DNA of 64,000 bases from Gammaproteobacteria bacterium (GCA_050288105.1 JBNKDE010000013.1:3519-67518), one strand, 5' to 3'. Shown: positions 9,876 through 20,362, counted from the stretch's first letter. Notes: generated by a model from the letters alone, not told the origin. Program-made: numbers and translations.

Positions 9876-10739
9876 ATGAATACTAGAGACCTGAGTCCAG
9901 AGTTGTTACGTGCATTTGTCGCGGTTGTAGATGGGGGTGGTTTTACCCGGGCGGCTAATCGATTGAATAGTACGCAATCCACGGTCAGCCAGCAGCTTAA
10001 GCGCCTGGAAGAACGCCTGGGCGTAAGCCTGATGCAGCGTAATACCCGAGGCGTTGCATTGACTGAGCGAGGTGAGCTCATGCTGGGTTATGCCCGGCGA
10101 TTGCTGACGCTAAATGACGAAGCACTTACCGCACTGGAACAAACTCATCTTCGAGGGCGGGTACGACTGGGTTCAACCCAGGAAGTTGCCGATGGGGGGC
10201 TGGCTGATCTGCTGGCACGTTTTACCCGCCTGCATCCCGATGTCGAGCTGGAGATGCGAGTCGATAGTAATATGGCTTTACAGTATGAGGTTGAGCAGGG
10301 AGAGCTTGATCTGGCGGTTTTGTTTCAGGAGCCCGGTCAGGGTGCTCCTGGTAATGAAGTGATCGAGCGCCTGCGTCGGGTATGGGTGTCAGCACCGGGG
10401 CTGGTCATTAACCCGGATGAACCGTTGCCACTTATTCTTTCCAACGGCCCCTGTATTTTTCGCAATTCGGTATTGTCAGCACTGGATAGCATTGGTCGAC
10501 CCTGGCGTATTGTGCTTTCTACCCCTAGCCTTGCTGGAATACGTGCCGGAGTGCGCGCAGGCTTGGGTGTTTGTGTGCGCAGTGAACGCTGGCTGGAAGC
10601 CGATATGGAAATCATCGATCAGGGCCTGCCCCCGTTACCGGATGTCGAGCTTGCCATTATGTGTGGCGCAAAAACGGGCGAAAGTGTGGTTGAGCGATTA
10701 CGCATTGCCTTGCGTGGGGCACTGAGTCAGGCGGCATGA
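9876..10739 (+). CDS. LysR family transcriptional regulator
   Basis: GGFTRAA.RL..TQSTVSQQLKRLEE HTH; divergent from the tautomerase/GST pair. Confidence 0.93.
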   Translation: MNTRDLSPELLRAFVAVVDGGGFTRAANRLNSTQSTVSQQLKRLEERLGVSLMQRNTRGVALTERGELMLGYARRLLTLNDEALTALEQTHLRGRVRLGSTQEVADGGLADLLARFTRLHPDVELEMRVDSNMALQYEVEQGELDLAVLFQEPGQGAPGNEVIERLRRVWVSAPGLVINPDEPLPLILSNGPCIFRNSVLSALDSIGRPWRIVLSTPSLAGIRAGVRAGLGVCVRSERWLEADMEIIDQGLPPLPDVELAIMCGAKTGESVVERLRIALRGALSQAA

Positions 10740-10755
10740 GTTCAAAAGACTGATT

Positions 10756-10966
10756 AACCACGAAGAGCATGAAGAAAAACATTTTAACCACAGATTAGGG
10801 CAGGAAGCCCGTAAGTAGGGCAACGCAGGACGCAGTTGCCGAGGACACAGAGAACACGGAGAAGTGTGGTGTGGGATATTTTGAGGTATAAATTATCCAG
10901 TCAAACCAAGAGGTTCAATTTTAGGAAAATACAAAAACCTCTGTGCTCTCTGTGTCCTCTGTGGTT
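10756..10966. repeat. Family A inverted repeat pair carrying a nested 48 bp GTAG-type REP at 10794-10841
   Basis: aaccacag|attagggc...gtagggcaacgcaggacgcagttgccg|aggacacagag ... ctctgtgtcctctgtggtt. Confidence 0.85.
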
Positions 10967-11059
10967 AAAGAAGCGCGTTCAGGTTATTTGAAAATCAGGT
11001 TGATAGCCCAAGGTAGATTCGGCACTATCGTGATTTTCATTTCGCATGGAAGATAATTG

Positions 11060-11737
11060 ATGCAAACCATTCTGTTAATTGAAGACGAATCGACCATTGC
11101 CGATATGGTGCTTTATGCACTACGCAGTGAAGGTTTTATCGCTGAATGGAAACGTCTGGGGCGCGAAGGAGTTGCCTGGTTGCAGGCTAATCCAGATACG
11201 GCTTTGGTGGTGCTTGATATCGGATTGCCGGATGGCAATGGCTTTGAATTCTGCAAGGAGATTCGGCGCTTTTCTGAAGTGCCTATAATTTTTCTAACGG
11301 CACGTAACGACGAAGTAGATCGTATCGTCGGCCTCGAAATTGGAGCCGATGATTATATGGGCAAGCCGTTTAGTCCTCGTGAACTGACAGCCCGGATTAA
11401 GGTGATTCTTAAACGGAGTCGCGCAAGTGCGGAACCGAGCGCGGCCACGTCCACATTTGAAATTGATCAGGATCGTTACCGCATTCGCTATCACGATATC
11501 TGGCTCGATCTAACGCGTTATGAATTCCAGATACTTAAGACACTACTACAGCAACCAGGGCGTGTTTTTTCGCGTGAGCAAATTATGGATCAGGCCTGGC
11601 AGCAGCCGGAGGAAAGCCTGGAGCGTGTGGTCGATACGCACATCAAAAAGTTGCGGGTTAAATTACGTCAGGTTCGCTCGGATGAAGATCCGATTCAAAC
11701 ACATCGTGGTATAGGTTACAGCATCCGTGAATCTTAG
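11060..11737 (+). CDS. creB: Two-component response regulator CreB
   Basis: OmpR-type receiver + wHTH (LDIGLPD, KPFSPREL, THRGIGY); upstream of creC/creD. Confidence 0.88.
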   Translation: MQTILLIEDESTIADMVLYALRSEGFIAEWKRLGREGVAWLQANPDTALVVLDIGLPDGNGFEFCKEIRRFSEVPIIFLTARNDEVDRIVGLEIGADDYMGKPFSPRELTARIKVILKRSRASAEPSAATSTFEIDQDRYRIRYHDIWLDLTRYEFQILKTLLQQPGRVFSREQIMDQAWQQPEESLERVVDTHIKKLRVKLRQVRSDEDPIQTHRGIGYSIRES

Positions 11738-13172
11738 CGTTCGCATCTTTATAGGCTTTTTTGTATTGACAGGTTTTGCCATCTGGCTGGCGATGCGAAG
11801 TTTTACCGCAGAGCTGGTGCCGGGTATGCGCCAGTCTATGGAAGAAATGCTGGTCGATAGTGCCAATCTGATGGCAGAGCTGGTCGCACAGGAAGTCATA
11901 GAGGGTAGCTTACAAACCGGTCAGTTCAAAAAAGCCATGAGCGCTTTTGAGCAACGTAGATTTGAAGCGAGAATCTGGTTCCTGAAAAAGCGCGACCCCA
12001 ATCTGATTATCTATATTACTGATGTGAACGGTATGGTGATCTATGATTCTCGCGGTCTTGATTTAGGCAAAGATTATTCGCAGTGGAACGATGTCTACAA
12101 CACCCTGCGCGGAAAGTACGGGGCGCGCACAACACGCGCTGATCCCGACGATGAATTCAGTAGCATCATGTATGTGGCTGCACCAATAAAAAATGAGCGT
12201 GAGATTATTGGCGTGGTCACAGTGGGTAAACCCAGTGTGGCTGTGCAACCCTTTGTAGAGCGCGCTCAACAGAATATCCAGGAAAAGGGTGGGCTGGTGA
12301 TTCTGGGCGCACTGGCTATAGGTTTGATGATTACCTACTGGCTCACCTTTTCCATTCGCAAATTAACTAGCTATGCACTGGCCGTACGCGATGGCAAAAG
12401 AGTCGCGCCACCAAAGCTGGGTGAAAAAGAACTGGCGCAACTGGCGGATGCGATGGATGCGATGCGGCGCGAACTCGAAGGCAAGGATTATGTAGAGCAA
12501 TATCTGCATAGCCTGACGCATGAATTAAAGACCCCGCTGGCTGCTATTCAGGGTACTGCCGAGCTGTTAGAAGAGGATATGCCGGAACAGGACAGGCAGC
12601 ATTTTATTGCCAACATTCGGGGACAGGCCCGGCGTTTACATCAGGTGGTAGAACAGTTACTGCGTCTGGCATCGATAGAAAAACAGCAGGGGCTGAGAAA
12701 TCCTGAATTGGTTCAGGTCGATGAACTGATGCGTGACCTGTGGCAGGAACGTCACTGGCGTATCCAGCAGAAAAATCTAACGCTTAATGATACCGAACTG
12801 AATCCGATTAAACTTACCGCAGAACGGTTTTTACTACAGCAGGCTATTGGCAATCTGCTGGACAATGCGATTGAATTTAGTCCTGCAGGATCGACGATAG
12901 AGTTAGCAAGCGTTGATAAGGATGGAGATCTGGAATTAAGCGTTGCAGATGAGGGGCCGGGCATCCCCGACTTTGCACTGGCTCGTGTTTTCGAGCGGTT
13001 TTACACCTTAGCGAGGCCAGAGGATGGTAGCAGTAGCAGCGGACTGGGTCTGAGTTTTGTCTACGAGGTTGCTCAATTGCATGGTGGAAAAATCGAACTG
13101 GAAAACCGAGAACAGGGTGGGGCTATTGCCAAACTTACGCTGCCATTGAAGCAACAGCCACCATCTGCCTGA
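11727..13172 (+). CDS. creC: Two-component sensor histidine kinase CreC
   Basis: DYSQWNDVY.TLRGKYGARTT signature, H-box THELKTP, N/G boxes. Confidence 0.92.
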   Translation: MNLSVRIFIGFFVLTGFAIWLAMRSFTAELVPGMRQSMEEMLVDSANLMAELVAQEVIEGSLQTGQFKKAMSAFEQRRFEARIWFLKKRDPNLIIYITDVNGMVIYDSRGLDLGKDYSQWNDVYNTLRGKYGARTTRADPDDEFSSIMYVAAPIKNEREIIGVVTVGKPSVAVQPFVERAQQNIQEKGGLVILGALAIGLMITYWLTFSIRKLTSYALAVRDGKRVAPPKLGEKELAQLADAMDAMRRELEGKDYVEQYLHSLTHELKTPLAAIQGTAELLEEDMPEQDRQHFIANIRGQARRLHQVVEQLLRLASIEKQQGLRNPELVQVDELMRDLWQERHWRIQQKNLTLNDTELNPIKLTAERFLLQQAIGNLLDNAIEFSPAGSTIELASVDKDGDLELSVADEGPGIPDFALARVFERFYTLARPEDGSSSSGLGLSFVYEVAQLHGGKIELENREQGGAIAKLTLPLKQQPPSA

Positions 13173-13269
13173 ATGTGTTTTTTGTGTGTGCAAACACACA
13201 TATTGACCACATCATCAAAACATAAACAGCGTTTAAGGTATGTCGGGTATTTAATTAATGGAGATCCCG

Positions 13270-14631
13270 ATGAAAAACCTGTTTAGTAAAAAAATAGTTG
13301 TTATTACTGTACTCACCCTATTACTACTAATCCCACTAATGATGATTAGAGGCGTGATTGATGAGCGTAGTGGTTATAGATACCAGGTACGTAACGATAT
13401 CACGCAAAGCTGGACCGGCGAACAAATGATGATTGGCCCAATTCTGGTAATTCCCTACAGGGAAATCTATCAGGTAAGTGTGTGGAATAAAAAGTTAGAA
13501 AAGGATGAGATAGAAAACAGAGTGCTGAATAAAAAACTGATGATAGCACCCGAGCAATTAAGCATTAATGGTAACGTTAAAACAGAAAGCAGGGTGAGAG
13601 GGATATACAGCATTCCGGTATATCGCAGTCAATTAAATATCTCAGGTAATTTCTCGGTTGCCAAACTGACCGCACAGGTGAATAGCAGCAATACCATTGA
13701 ATGGGAACCCGCCTATCTATCTGTTATGGTGAATGACGTGCGCGGTGTTGAAAAACAGCCAGTAGTATCATGGCAGGGCAAAAAAATTGAATTCGAACCG
13801 GATAGCCTGCTTGGAGAATTGAGAAACGGCATGCATGCACCGCTGGGCGTTGTTAAGCAAAGTGATGAAAATCTGGCATTCAGTTTTGATCTTGATCTAC
13901 ATGGCATGGAAAGATTGAAATTTTCCCCATTGGGAAAAAGTACCTCAGTCACCCTGAAATCAGACTGGCCTGATCCCAGTTTTATCGGGCGCTACTTACC
14001 CTCAGAAAGACTGATCAATGAGAATGGTTTTACAGCCAGCTGGAATGTTTCCTCCTTTTCCAGTTCGGTAGCGCAAAACCTGCAGTCATGTAAAACAGGT
14101 AGTTGTTCATCACTGGCTAATGACATGTTTGGTGTCACGCTGTTTAATTCAGTCGATATCTATCAGCAAAGCGAACGCTCGGTGAAATATGGGCTGCTAT
14201 TTATTGGGCTCACATTTGTCGTGTTCTTTCTGTTTGAAGTGATAAAAGGACTGCGTCTGCATCCCATGCAGTATCTGTTAGTCGGACTTGAATTAAGCGT
14301 TTTCTTTTTATTACTGGTGTCACTATCTGAGCTAATGGCATTTGCAATGGCATATCTGATAGCAACATTGGCATCGACCGCTTTGATCGGTTTTTATGTG
14401 AGCAGTATTTTGCAGTCATATAAACTGGGAGGATTTATCAGTGCGGGGTTATTGCTGCTGTATGGAATGCTCTACGGTATTTTAGGTTCTGAAGACAATG
14501 CTCTGTTAATGGGGTCAATGTTGATATTCAGCGTGCTTGCTCTGGTTATGACAGTAACCCGCCGTATTGACTGGTATGAGTTAAGTGCTAGTCCGATGAG
14601 TCGAGAGGGAAATATAGCTATTGATTCCTGA
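13270..14631 (+). CDS. creD: Inner membrane protein CreD
   Basis: SDWPDPSF.G.YLP, YQQSERSVKYG, HPMQYLLVGL, EDNALL.GS, TRRIDWY; alternative start 13258. Confidence 0.93.
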   Translation: MKNLFSKKIVVITVLTLLLLIPLMMIRGVIDERSGYRYQVRNDITQSWTGEQMMIGPILVIPYREIYQVSVWNKKLEKDEIENRVLNKKLMIAPEQLSINGNVKTESRVRGIYSIPVYRSQLNISGNFSVAKLTAQVNSSNTIEWEPAYLSVMVNDVRGVEKQPVVSWQGKKIEFEPDSLLGELRNGMHAPLGVVKQSDENLAFSFDLDLHGMERLKFSPLGKSTSVTLKSDWPDPSFIGRYLPSERLINENGFTASWNVSSFSSSVAQNLQSCKTGSCSSLANDMFGVTLFNSVDIYQQSERSVKYGLLFIGLTFVVFFLFEVIKGLRLHPMQYLLVGLELSVFFLLLVSLSELMAFAMAYLIATLASTALIGFYVSSILQSYKLGGFISAGLLLLYGMLYGILGSEDNALLMGSMLIFSVLALVMTVTRRIDWYELSASPMSREGNIAIDS

Positions 14632-14701
14632 CAGGTCTTAAGTAATTATTGGTGCATGGACGCACCATATAATAAATTTATTGACACCGAGGGCTCTCCC
14701 C

Positions 14702-15238
14702 GTGAGTGAAAAATCGCAACTAGTTTTAATGGCAAAATACAACCAGCTAATGAACCAGCGTATGATTGAAGCAGCGGGAAATCTATCGCCAGCGACATTA
14801 GCCGAAGATAAAGGCGCTTTTTTTAAATCGGTGATAGGCAGTCTGAATCATATTATGGTGGGCGATATTCTATGGATGAAGCGATTTGCATCTCACCCTG
14901 GTAATTATCAATCATTGCAGAAACTTGAAGGATTTGAAATGCCGCAAGGACTAAATGCAATACTATTTGATGATTTATCAACCTTTGCAAAAGTAAGAGC
15001 AAAGCTGGATGACAACCTGATTGAATGGTGTGATGAATTGAATGAATCTGACCTGGACACAGCGCTAAGATATCAGGATACCAAAGGTGTACAGCATGCC
15101 AAAAGGTTTGGTGATTTGATTTTGCATTTATTCCTTCATCAGATACATCATAGAGGTCAGATAACCACTTTACTGTCACAGGAGAGTATTGATTTTGGTG
15201 ATACAGATTTGCCGGAGATTGTGCCTGAACTGGGATAA
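14702..15238 (+). CDS. DinB/YfiT family protein
   Basis: AKYN..MN, FFKS..G.LNHI..GD..W, HLF.HQ.HHRGQ His triad; GTG start at 14702 preferred. Confidence 0.88.
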   Translation: MSEKSQLVLMAKYNQLMNQRMIEAAGNLSPATLAEDKGAFFKSVIGSLNHIMVGDILWMKRFASHPGNYQSLQKLEGFEMPQGLNAILFDDLSTFAKVRAKLDDNLIEWCDELNESDLDTALRYQDTKGVQHAKRFGDLILHLFLHQIHHRGQITTLLSQESIDFGDTDLPEIVPELG

Positions 15239-15255
15239 GCCATGCCTTTGTTTCC

Positions 15256-15377
15256 TACAGAGTACACAGAGAACTTAGGTGCAGAATTTTTGAGGTATAA
15301 ATTATTCATTTAACACGAAGACGCTTAATGATAGGAAAATACAGAAAAACTCCGTGCTCTCCGTGTCCTCTGTGGTT
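15256..15377. repeat. Family A inverted repeat pair (left arm eroded)
   Basis: Arms as in the other copies; the spacer shares TTTGAGGTATAAATTAT and TAGGAAAATAC with the 10786-10966 copy. Confidence 0.8.
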
Positions 15378-15456
15378 TAACATTTTTTAAGTTTTTTTAC
15401 CTTCGTTTGACAATTTTCCTAATGGTCGACCCATTAGTTGAGGTCAATGCAGATCT

Positions 15457-16578
15457 TCACAGCCAGAATTTCCACCACCAGTTGAAGTACTCTTTTACAA
15501 TCCGCATGGTCAACCAATCGACTGCTTCCATTGAGCCAGTGCCAGAGCCCGCATTTGTCATGATGATAAAAGCAAAATCTGATTCCGGAACAATGATCGA
15601 ACGGCAGAAGAAGGTCCCCGCAGAACCATCAAACCCGGAGTATCGCTTGCCCCCCAATACGCCGTTAACCACACCGAGTGAGAATCCGGCATGACCGAAA
15701 TGAATATGGTGATATGTTTTGCTGGAAATGTAGTTGTCATTACCCCTCAAGCCGCGCAAGTGTAATTGAGTGTATTTTGCGTAGTCCCTGGGTGTCATGC
15801 TCAAATCCCCCGCTGGAGTAATCAAGCAGGGGAGCTTGTAGTCATGCTCAGGTGGTAATGGCTCGACTTTGTCTTTAGTAATCGTGTGGCCCCATGGTTG
15901 ATCAACACCAATGCTGTTAGGCCAGCCAAAATGGACTGATAGGCCCAGGTCATCAGTCAATGTCCTCCTTGCAAGATCCTCATAGCTGAGGCCCGATAGT
16001 CTTTCGAGCATTGCGGATGCCATTGTGTAACTCGCATTGGAGTACAAATGCTGAAACTTGCCATCCTGCTTTTTTGACGCAGGTGGTTGCGTGATCAGAT
16101 AGTTAACAAATTCTAATCTTTTGTCGCTGACCGATGACTCATAGTCTGGGAAAGGCTCTGTCTCTGCGTTCGTATATGCCTTGATTCCTGCCTCGCAAAG
16201 AAACAGGTCTTCCAATGAAATATCACTATACGCGGTATTTGCGGAAGCTTTCAGCTCCGGGAAAACATCGAAGAATCTCGTTTGCCACGTAATCTTGTTC
16301 TGCTCTATGAGTTTTGCCGCCATCACGGCTAGCACGGATTTCGAACAAGACCCAATGTGAAAATAGTCATCGAGTGTGGATTTGTCCGGCTTGTCAACTA
16401 CTCGTACCCCCTGGACTTCCTGGAGATAAATCGCGTCCACGTTCATTACAGAAACAGCAATCGCGGGAACTTTGAAGTTCTCTCTTGCTTTGCTCACGAG
16501 TTCAGACAAGTACGCCTGTGTTAAGCGTGAATTCTGAGGGTGTTCAATTTGCAGTTGATTCATCAGCATTCCGTCCAT
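15457..16578 (-). CDS. Serine hydrolase, beta-lactamase/AmpC-like family
   Basis: F.IGSCSK (SxxK), YSN, PAG.L motifs. Confidence 0.88.
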   Translation of the reverse strand: MDGMLMNQLQIEHPQNSRLTQAYLSELVSKARENFKVPAIAVSVMNVDAIYLQEVQGVRVVDKPDKSTLDDYFHIGSCSKSVLAVMAAKLIEQNKITWQTRFFDVFPELKASANTAYSDISLEDLFLCEAGIKAYTNAETEPFPDYESSVSDKRLEFVNYLITQPPASKKQDGKFQHLYSNASYTMASAMLERLSGLSYEDLARRTLTDDLGLSVHFGWPNSIGVDQPWGHTITKDKVEPLPPEHDYKLPCLITPAGDLSMTPRDYAKYTQLHLRGLRGNDNYISSKTYHHIHFGHAGFSLGVVNGVLGGKRYSGFDGSAGTFFCRSIIVPESDFAFIIMTNAGSGTGSMEAVDWLTMRIVKEYFNWWWKFWL

Positions 16579-16835
16579 GAAAAGGTTATTTAATAGAAGC
16601 TATGCAACCGCTCCTCTCTGGATAACGCTAACAGCGTAGGTTTATCCTGCTGCCTGTACCTGTTAACTTGAGTAATAGTACAGATATTGCATTAAGTAGC
16701 CAAGATTGAACAACAAATGCAGGCCAGGGAGATTAAAGGGGCGGAGTGAATAAATGTTGACAATCGCATGGTTGGAAGAGCGGATTGGGAAAAAACCAGG
16801 CCAGTTACATTACGGAAGGCCTGGTAAGAAGATGT

Positions 16836-17219
16836 TTAGCTACGGAGTTTCATGCTCCCGTCTTCGCTAAACCTTAATTTCTTTATTTTTTTAGCGCGTA
16901 CAATACACCAATATAAAATGAATACTGCAGAACCGTATAAAAGATAGTCACTATATTTGATAAAGAAAGATAGTATAAAAAAGATACTACTTATCCATAA
17001 GGTTTGGATCAGGTAGCGCCTATCTTCCCCTGAGCTTCTCAGTATTAGCGTGAAGGTTTCCTTATTGGACCACACTGATATAAGCAAAATGGTAGTTAAT
17101 ATTAGCGCTCCAATTACTCCATTATCTATGTATAAAAACATATGAGGTATCGCTAGCGGGATAAACAATATCAAATAGATTATTCGGTAAAACTTATCCC
17201 AATCAGAATATATCGACAC
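16836..17219 (-). CDS. Hypothetical membrane protein (probable third gene cassette)
   Basis: 127 aa, about 4 hydrophobic segments, low GC; begins just after the R' site of the attC at 17286-17374. Confidence 0.6.
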   Translation of the reverse strand: MSIYSDWDKFYRIIYLILFIPLAIPHMFLYIDNGVIGALILTTILLISVWSNKETFTLILRSSGEDRRYLIQTLWISSIFFILSFFIKYSDYLLYGSAVFILYWCIVRAKKIKKLRFSEDGSMKLRS

Positions 17220-17285
17220 AGTTTATCCTACAGTTAATTTTGTCGGGTTTGTAAGATGGCAACAAATTTATTCCATTCTCGGTAT

Positions 17286-17374
17286 ACAAAACGTTAGCTT
17301 AAAAGGTGAGCGCCACAGCTCTCACCGAAATGGCACGTACAGTGCCATGAGTCCTTTTGAATCCCTTGTTAACC
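17286..17374 (-). mobile_element. Integron attC site (89 bp)
   Basis: Minus strand: GGTTAAC-5nt-ATTCAAAA ... TTTTAAG-5nt-GTTTTGT. The L boxes pair with one extra base, and R'' is complementary to the GTTAACC that starts this cassette. Confidence 0.78.
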
Positions 17375-17376
17375 AT

Positions 17377-17764
17377 TTACTCAACATCGCAATACAAATC
17401 AAAATCTACTGACCAACCAAATAGATGCCAGCCTTTCTATAAGCCGATCTGATAAGTGGAAACCTGGGCTTTCTTCTTCGTGGTAGCCAACACACTGGAT
17501 AGATGGTTGGAAATAATCGGGTACCTGCCTGAAATTTTCAATTCTTCCTTCAATAAAGGTAACCACTCGTTCTAGTGCATCATCCATTATCTTTTCCTCA
17601 AACTCTGGTGACACATAAGACCAGTGGGAAAACTTATATATGCTTCCATTTCTTCTTTTATCGCCGACATTCCAAAACGTCGATGGCTCTATATCAAGAA
17701 TATCGGCTATTTCGCTAACGTCAGCTTTCCCTGTGAATTTTATGTATGCGTAGTTTTTATCCAT
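17377..17764 (-). pseudogene. DUF4279-like cassette gene with a 1-nt frameshift near the 3' end
   Basis: The ORF stops at 17399, but removing one T gives ...LASIGWSVDFDLYCDVE* ending at 17377, directly abutting attC. N-terminal pattern is DUF4279-like (ILDIEPS..W..GD....G....SHW). Confidence 0.6.
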
Positions 17765-17770
17765 AATTAG

Positions 17771-17839
17771 GGTTAACGACTAGCTCACCTGACAAAAAGC
17801 GCGAAGCGGTTTTTGGTCAGCTGAAGCGCCGTGTTATGT
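17771..17839 (-). mobile_element. Integron attC site (69 bp)
   Basis: Minus strand: ACATAAC-5nt-GCTTCAGC-hairpin-GGTGAGC-5nt-GTTAACC. R'' is complementary to the GTTATGT at the start of the cassette (18194-18200). Confidence 0.82.
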
Positions 17840-17861
17840 GAAATGCGTACAGAAAACATAA

Positions 17862-18182
17862 CTACTTCTGCTCTATTTCGTTAATAGTGATTTTCCCGCC
17901 CTTGCTGTTAATTTTTACTTCTGCCTTGCTGATGGTGCTGCGATTCATAACTATGACTTTACTGCCATCGTAGTTTTCACTAGGGGCGCAAATATATTGA
18001 ATATGATAGTTTGTGGAATCTTGGCTTGACCTCAAACTATCGTAATACCAAAAGCACAATTTAGTGTTTTTGCTTCTCGCAAATGATGAAGCTAGCTCAT
18101 CATAACTGACGTTACTTTCTTTTGCTGTGGCACATGATGATGCTACAACCATGAGCAAAACTATAAATAGTGATTTATGCAT
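17862..18182 (-). CDS. Hypothetical lipoprotein (first gene cassette)
   Basis: MHKSLFIVLLMVVASS-C lipobox-like signal; low GC; bounded by GTTATGT and attC. Confidence 0.65.
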   Translation of the reverse strand: MHKSLFIVLLMVVASSCATAKESNVSYDELASSFARSKNTKLCFWYYDSLRSSQDSTNYHIQYICAPSENYDGSKVIVMNRSTISKAEVKINSKGGKITINEIEQK

Positions 18183-18420
18183 ATTTGATTCACACATAAC
18201 AGTTTACTAGAAGGTTTCCGGTATAGTAGGTACTAGACGGATTGCTTCTAGTTCAGTCCCTTGTTTTCGATTCAGCCATACTAATCAACCGATAAAGCGA
18301 TTGTCAACGAATCAGGTCGATGGAGGAAAATGACTTTGGAACGAATGCTGCCGATTTATGTTGAGCCTGGAGTAGACTTTCTTTTTGGTTCGAATTCAAA
18401 AGTTTTCAGGGTGTTAATTA

Positions 18421-18732
18421 GCCACCGAGAGTACGGAGCACACAGAGAGGGTTAGCGTGGTTTAATAAATTAACTGACCACGAGATAGGGCAACGCAGCA
18501 GAAACTGTCGGGTACACCTAAGGTACGAAGAAAAAATAATGTGTTTTCTCTGTGCTCTCGGTGTGCTCTGTGGTGAATAAGCTTTTTTCAGGTTACCGGG
18601 TTCTGCCGCAGCACAAGCAAGCCCCGGTAACCCACAAAGCACAACAAAGAAAACCCTTCGTAATCTTCGTGTGCTTGGCAACTGCGTCCTGCGTTGCCCT
18701 ACTTACGGGCGTCCTTGCCCTAATTCGTGGTT
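18421..18732. repeat. Cluster of family A repeats (CACAGAG and CACGAAG variants) with nested GTAG-type REP at 18676-18724
   Basis: Pair at 18421-18575; second pair at 18629-18732 whose right arm is interrupted by the same ~48 bp REP seen at 10794 and 38896. Confidence 0.8.
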
Positions 18733-18739
18733 TATTTAT

Positions 18740-18916
18740 TTACCGCTTATCGATAGAAACATACTCCCGGTTTTCCGGCCCGGTGTAGTTGGCGGAGGGT
18801 CGTATAATCTTGCCATCTTCACGCTGTTCGATCACATGCGCGCCCCAGCCGGAAACACGTGAGATAACAAACAAAGGGGTGAACATGTCAGTCGGTACGC
18901 CCATCTGGTTGTAGGA
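18740..18916 (-). pseudogene. prpC: Duplicated 3' end of prpC (last 58 codons)
   Basis: Encodes the same peptide as 20883-21059 ([10 protein letters not shown]...YVSIDKR) with only synonymous differences; no 5' part. Confidence 0.93.
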
Positions 18917-19192
18917 AAACACTTCTTTGCCTACCGATACTTTTCTATAAACCTCAGACTGTATATTTTCACGAAATTCGGGTTAGACGCTATTGATCCC
19001 TCCTAGCAGCCCCTACCCCAGGATCTTTTTGGGAGGGATCTTTTGGGGACACTCTGATTTTTTTCGATCCAAACTCCTTTTCCATAACTGAATTTCACTT
19101 AATATTTTTAGCCCCCCGTTCTCAGCATTGATATACGGAAGCATTTCGGATACTCTTCTGTTCTTCTAACTTCTACCAACAGGGACTGTACG

Positions 19193-20362
19193 GTGAAAAA
19201 AATCCTCCTCGCGCTAGCTCTCTTTCTATCGTTAAATTCTTTTTCGCATGCCAGAACTACCAACGCGATCTGGAGTCATGCAGAGAAGCGTATCGAACGG
19301 GAAGGTGAATTACTGATGTCGCTTCCGGATTACGACGTGCATTCTCTGGACGTAAAAAAGCAGGGAGATATGTTAATCTGCAATTCATATACCGCAGAGC
19401 ACTTCTTTCCACCAAGTTATGGCCAATCGATTCCCGCTAATGGCAAACAGATTGTCAGGCTATCCTTTCTACATAAGATTGGCGATCCAGATCAGGACAT
19501 CGTGCCAACGAGGCTATTCACAAAATCTAATAATGGCTCCGGGCCTAAGTTTCGAATGACAACAGATGAGTATGCTGAACAGGTTGGCATGGAGGTTCTT
19601 GATGCGATACATGCAGCCTGTCCTGATGTAAACTTTTTCATGGTAAACAATTTTTTCGCTGACCTGTTTATATACAATGGTTCAATCGATTTCAGATCCA
19701 GGCCCTGGTTTATCCCGGATCACGAAAACCCGATCATAAGAACTGACTTCAGTCTTGAGGAAGGGGTATGGCGCGCGTCACGTGAGCTTCCCTGGTCCGT
19801 GAAAAGGATCGATGAGCATCTCAACAAAGGCAATTGGACAAGTCGTAAAAAACTTCAATATGCAGTTTGGGATCAAAATCAAGATAAGTATCCGAGAAAG
19901 AAGGCGAAGATTGTGCAGCGCGCTGGACCGCCTGTGGCCGAAGAGATTACCTCGGCATATATCAGAGAAATGTCCGATTTTGGTTTCCATAAAGGCAGGT
20001 GGAACGAGCTGATTCCAAATCAGGGACCGGGGCATGCGACGGTTGACGAGGTACAGGTTACTCATTGTGCCAAGGAAGGTGAGGGTTATCGTTGCCAATA
20101 TATAATGAAGATGACGATACATATGGCCGCATTAGCCAGTATTCTAAAGGATATTGTGAAAGTTCCCGACAAGCGCACTAAGACACAGGATGAGAGCCAC
20201 TTATTTGTATCTACCTCGCAGGGTTGGCGCTCTCCGAGCCTACATGAAGACCGGAAACTCAAAGAGCTGGAGCGCAATCGGCGTATGAACGAAAACGTGA
20301 AACGCTCCGTTGAAGAAGCCAACCAAAAGGCCATGGAAGACGTGCTCGACCTGCTGTTGTAG
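19193..20362 (+). CDS. Hypothetical exported protein
   Basis: 389 aa ORF with a Sec-type signal peptide (MKKILLALALFLSLNSFSHA) and a coiled-coil-like C-terminus; no family recognised. Confidence 0.75.
   Translation: MKKILLALALFLSLNSFSHARTTNAIWSHAEKRIEREGELLMSLPDYDVHSLDVKKQGDMLICNSYTAEHFFPPSYGQSIPANGKQIVRLSFLHKIGDPDQDIVPTRLFTKSNNGSGPKFRMTTDEYAEQVGMEVLDAIHAACPDVNFFMVNNFFADLFIYNGSIDFRSRPWFIPDHENPIIRTDFSLEEGVWRASRELPWSVKRIDEHLNKGNWTSRKKLQYAVWDQNQDKYPRKKAKIVQRAGPPVAEEITSAYIREMSDFGFHKGRWNELIPNQGPGHATVDEVQVTHCAKEGEGYRCQYIMKMTIHMAALASILKDIVKVPDKRTKTQDESHLFVSTSQGWRSPSLHEDRKLKELERNRRMNENVKRSVEEANQKAMEDVLDLLL

Noticed and set aside
13190-13225. CreB box upstream of creD
   Set aside because: Only loose CACA repeats at 11 bp spacing; no TTCAC-N6-TTCAC match.
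16620-16640. Possible third attC end (GTTATCC) before the serine hydrolase
   Set aside because: No matching L boxes or R'' site could be found, so the hydrolase is not called a cassette.
18330-18455. Short RBS-led ORF divergent from the cassette array, as an intI or transposase remnant
   Set aside because: About 41 codons running into repeats, with no recognisable tyrosine-recombinase or HUH motif.
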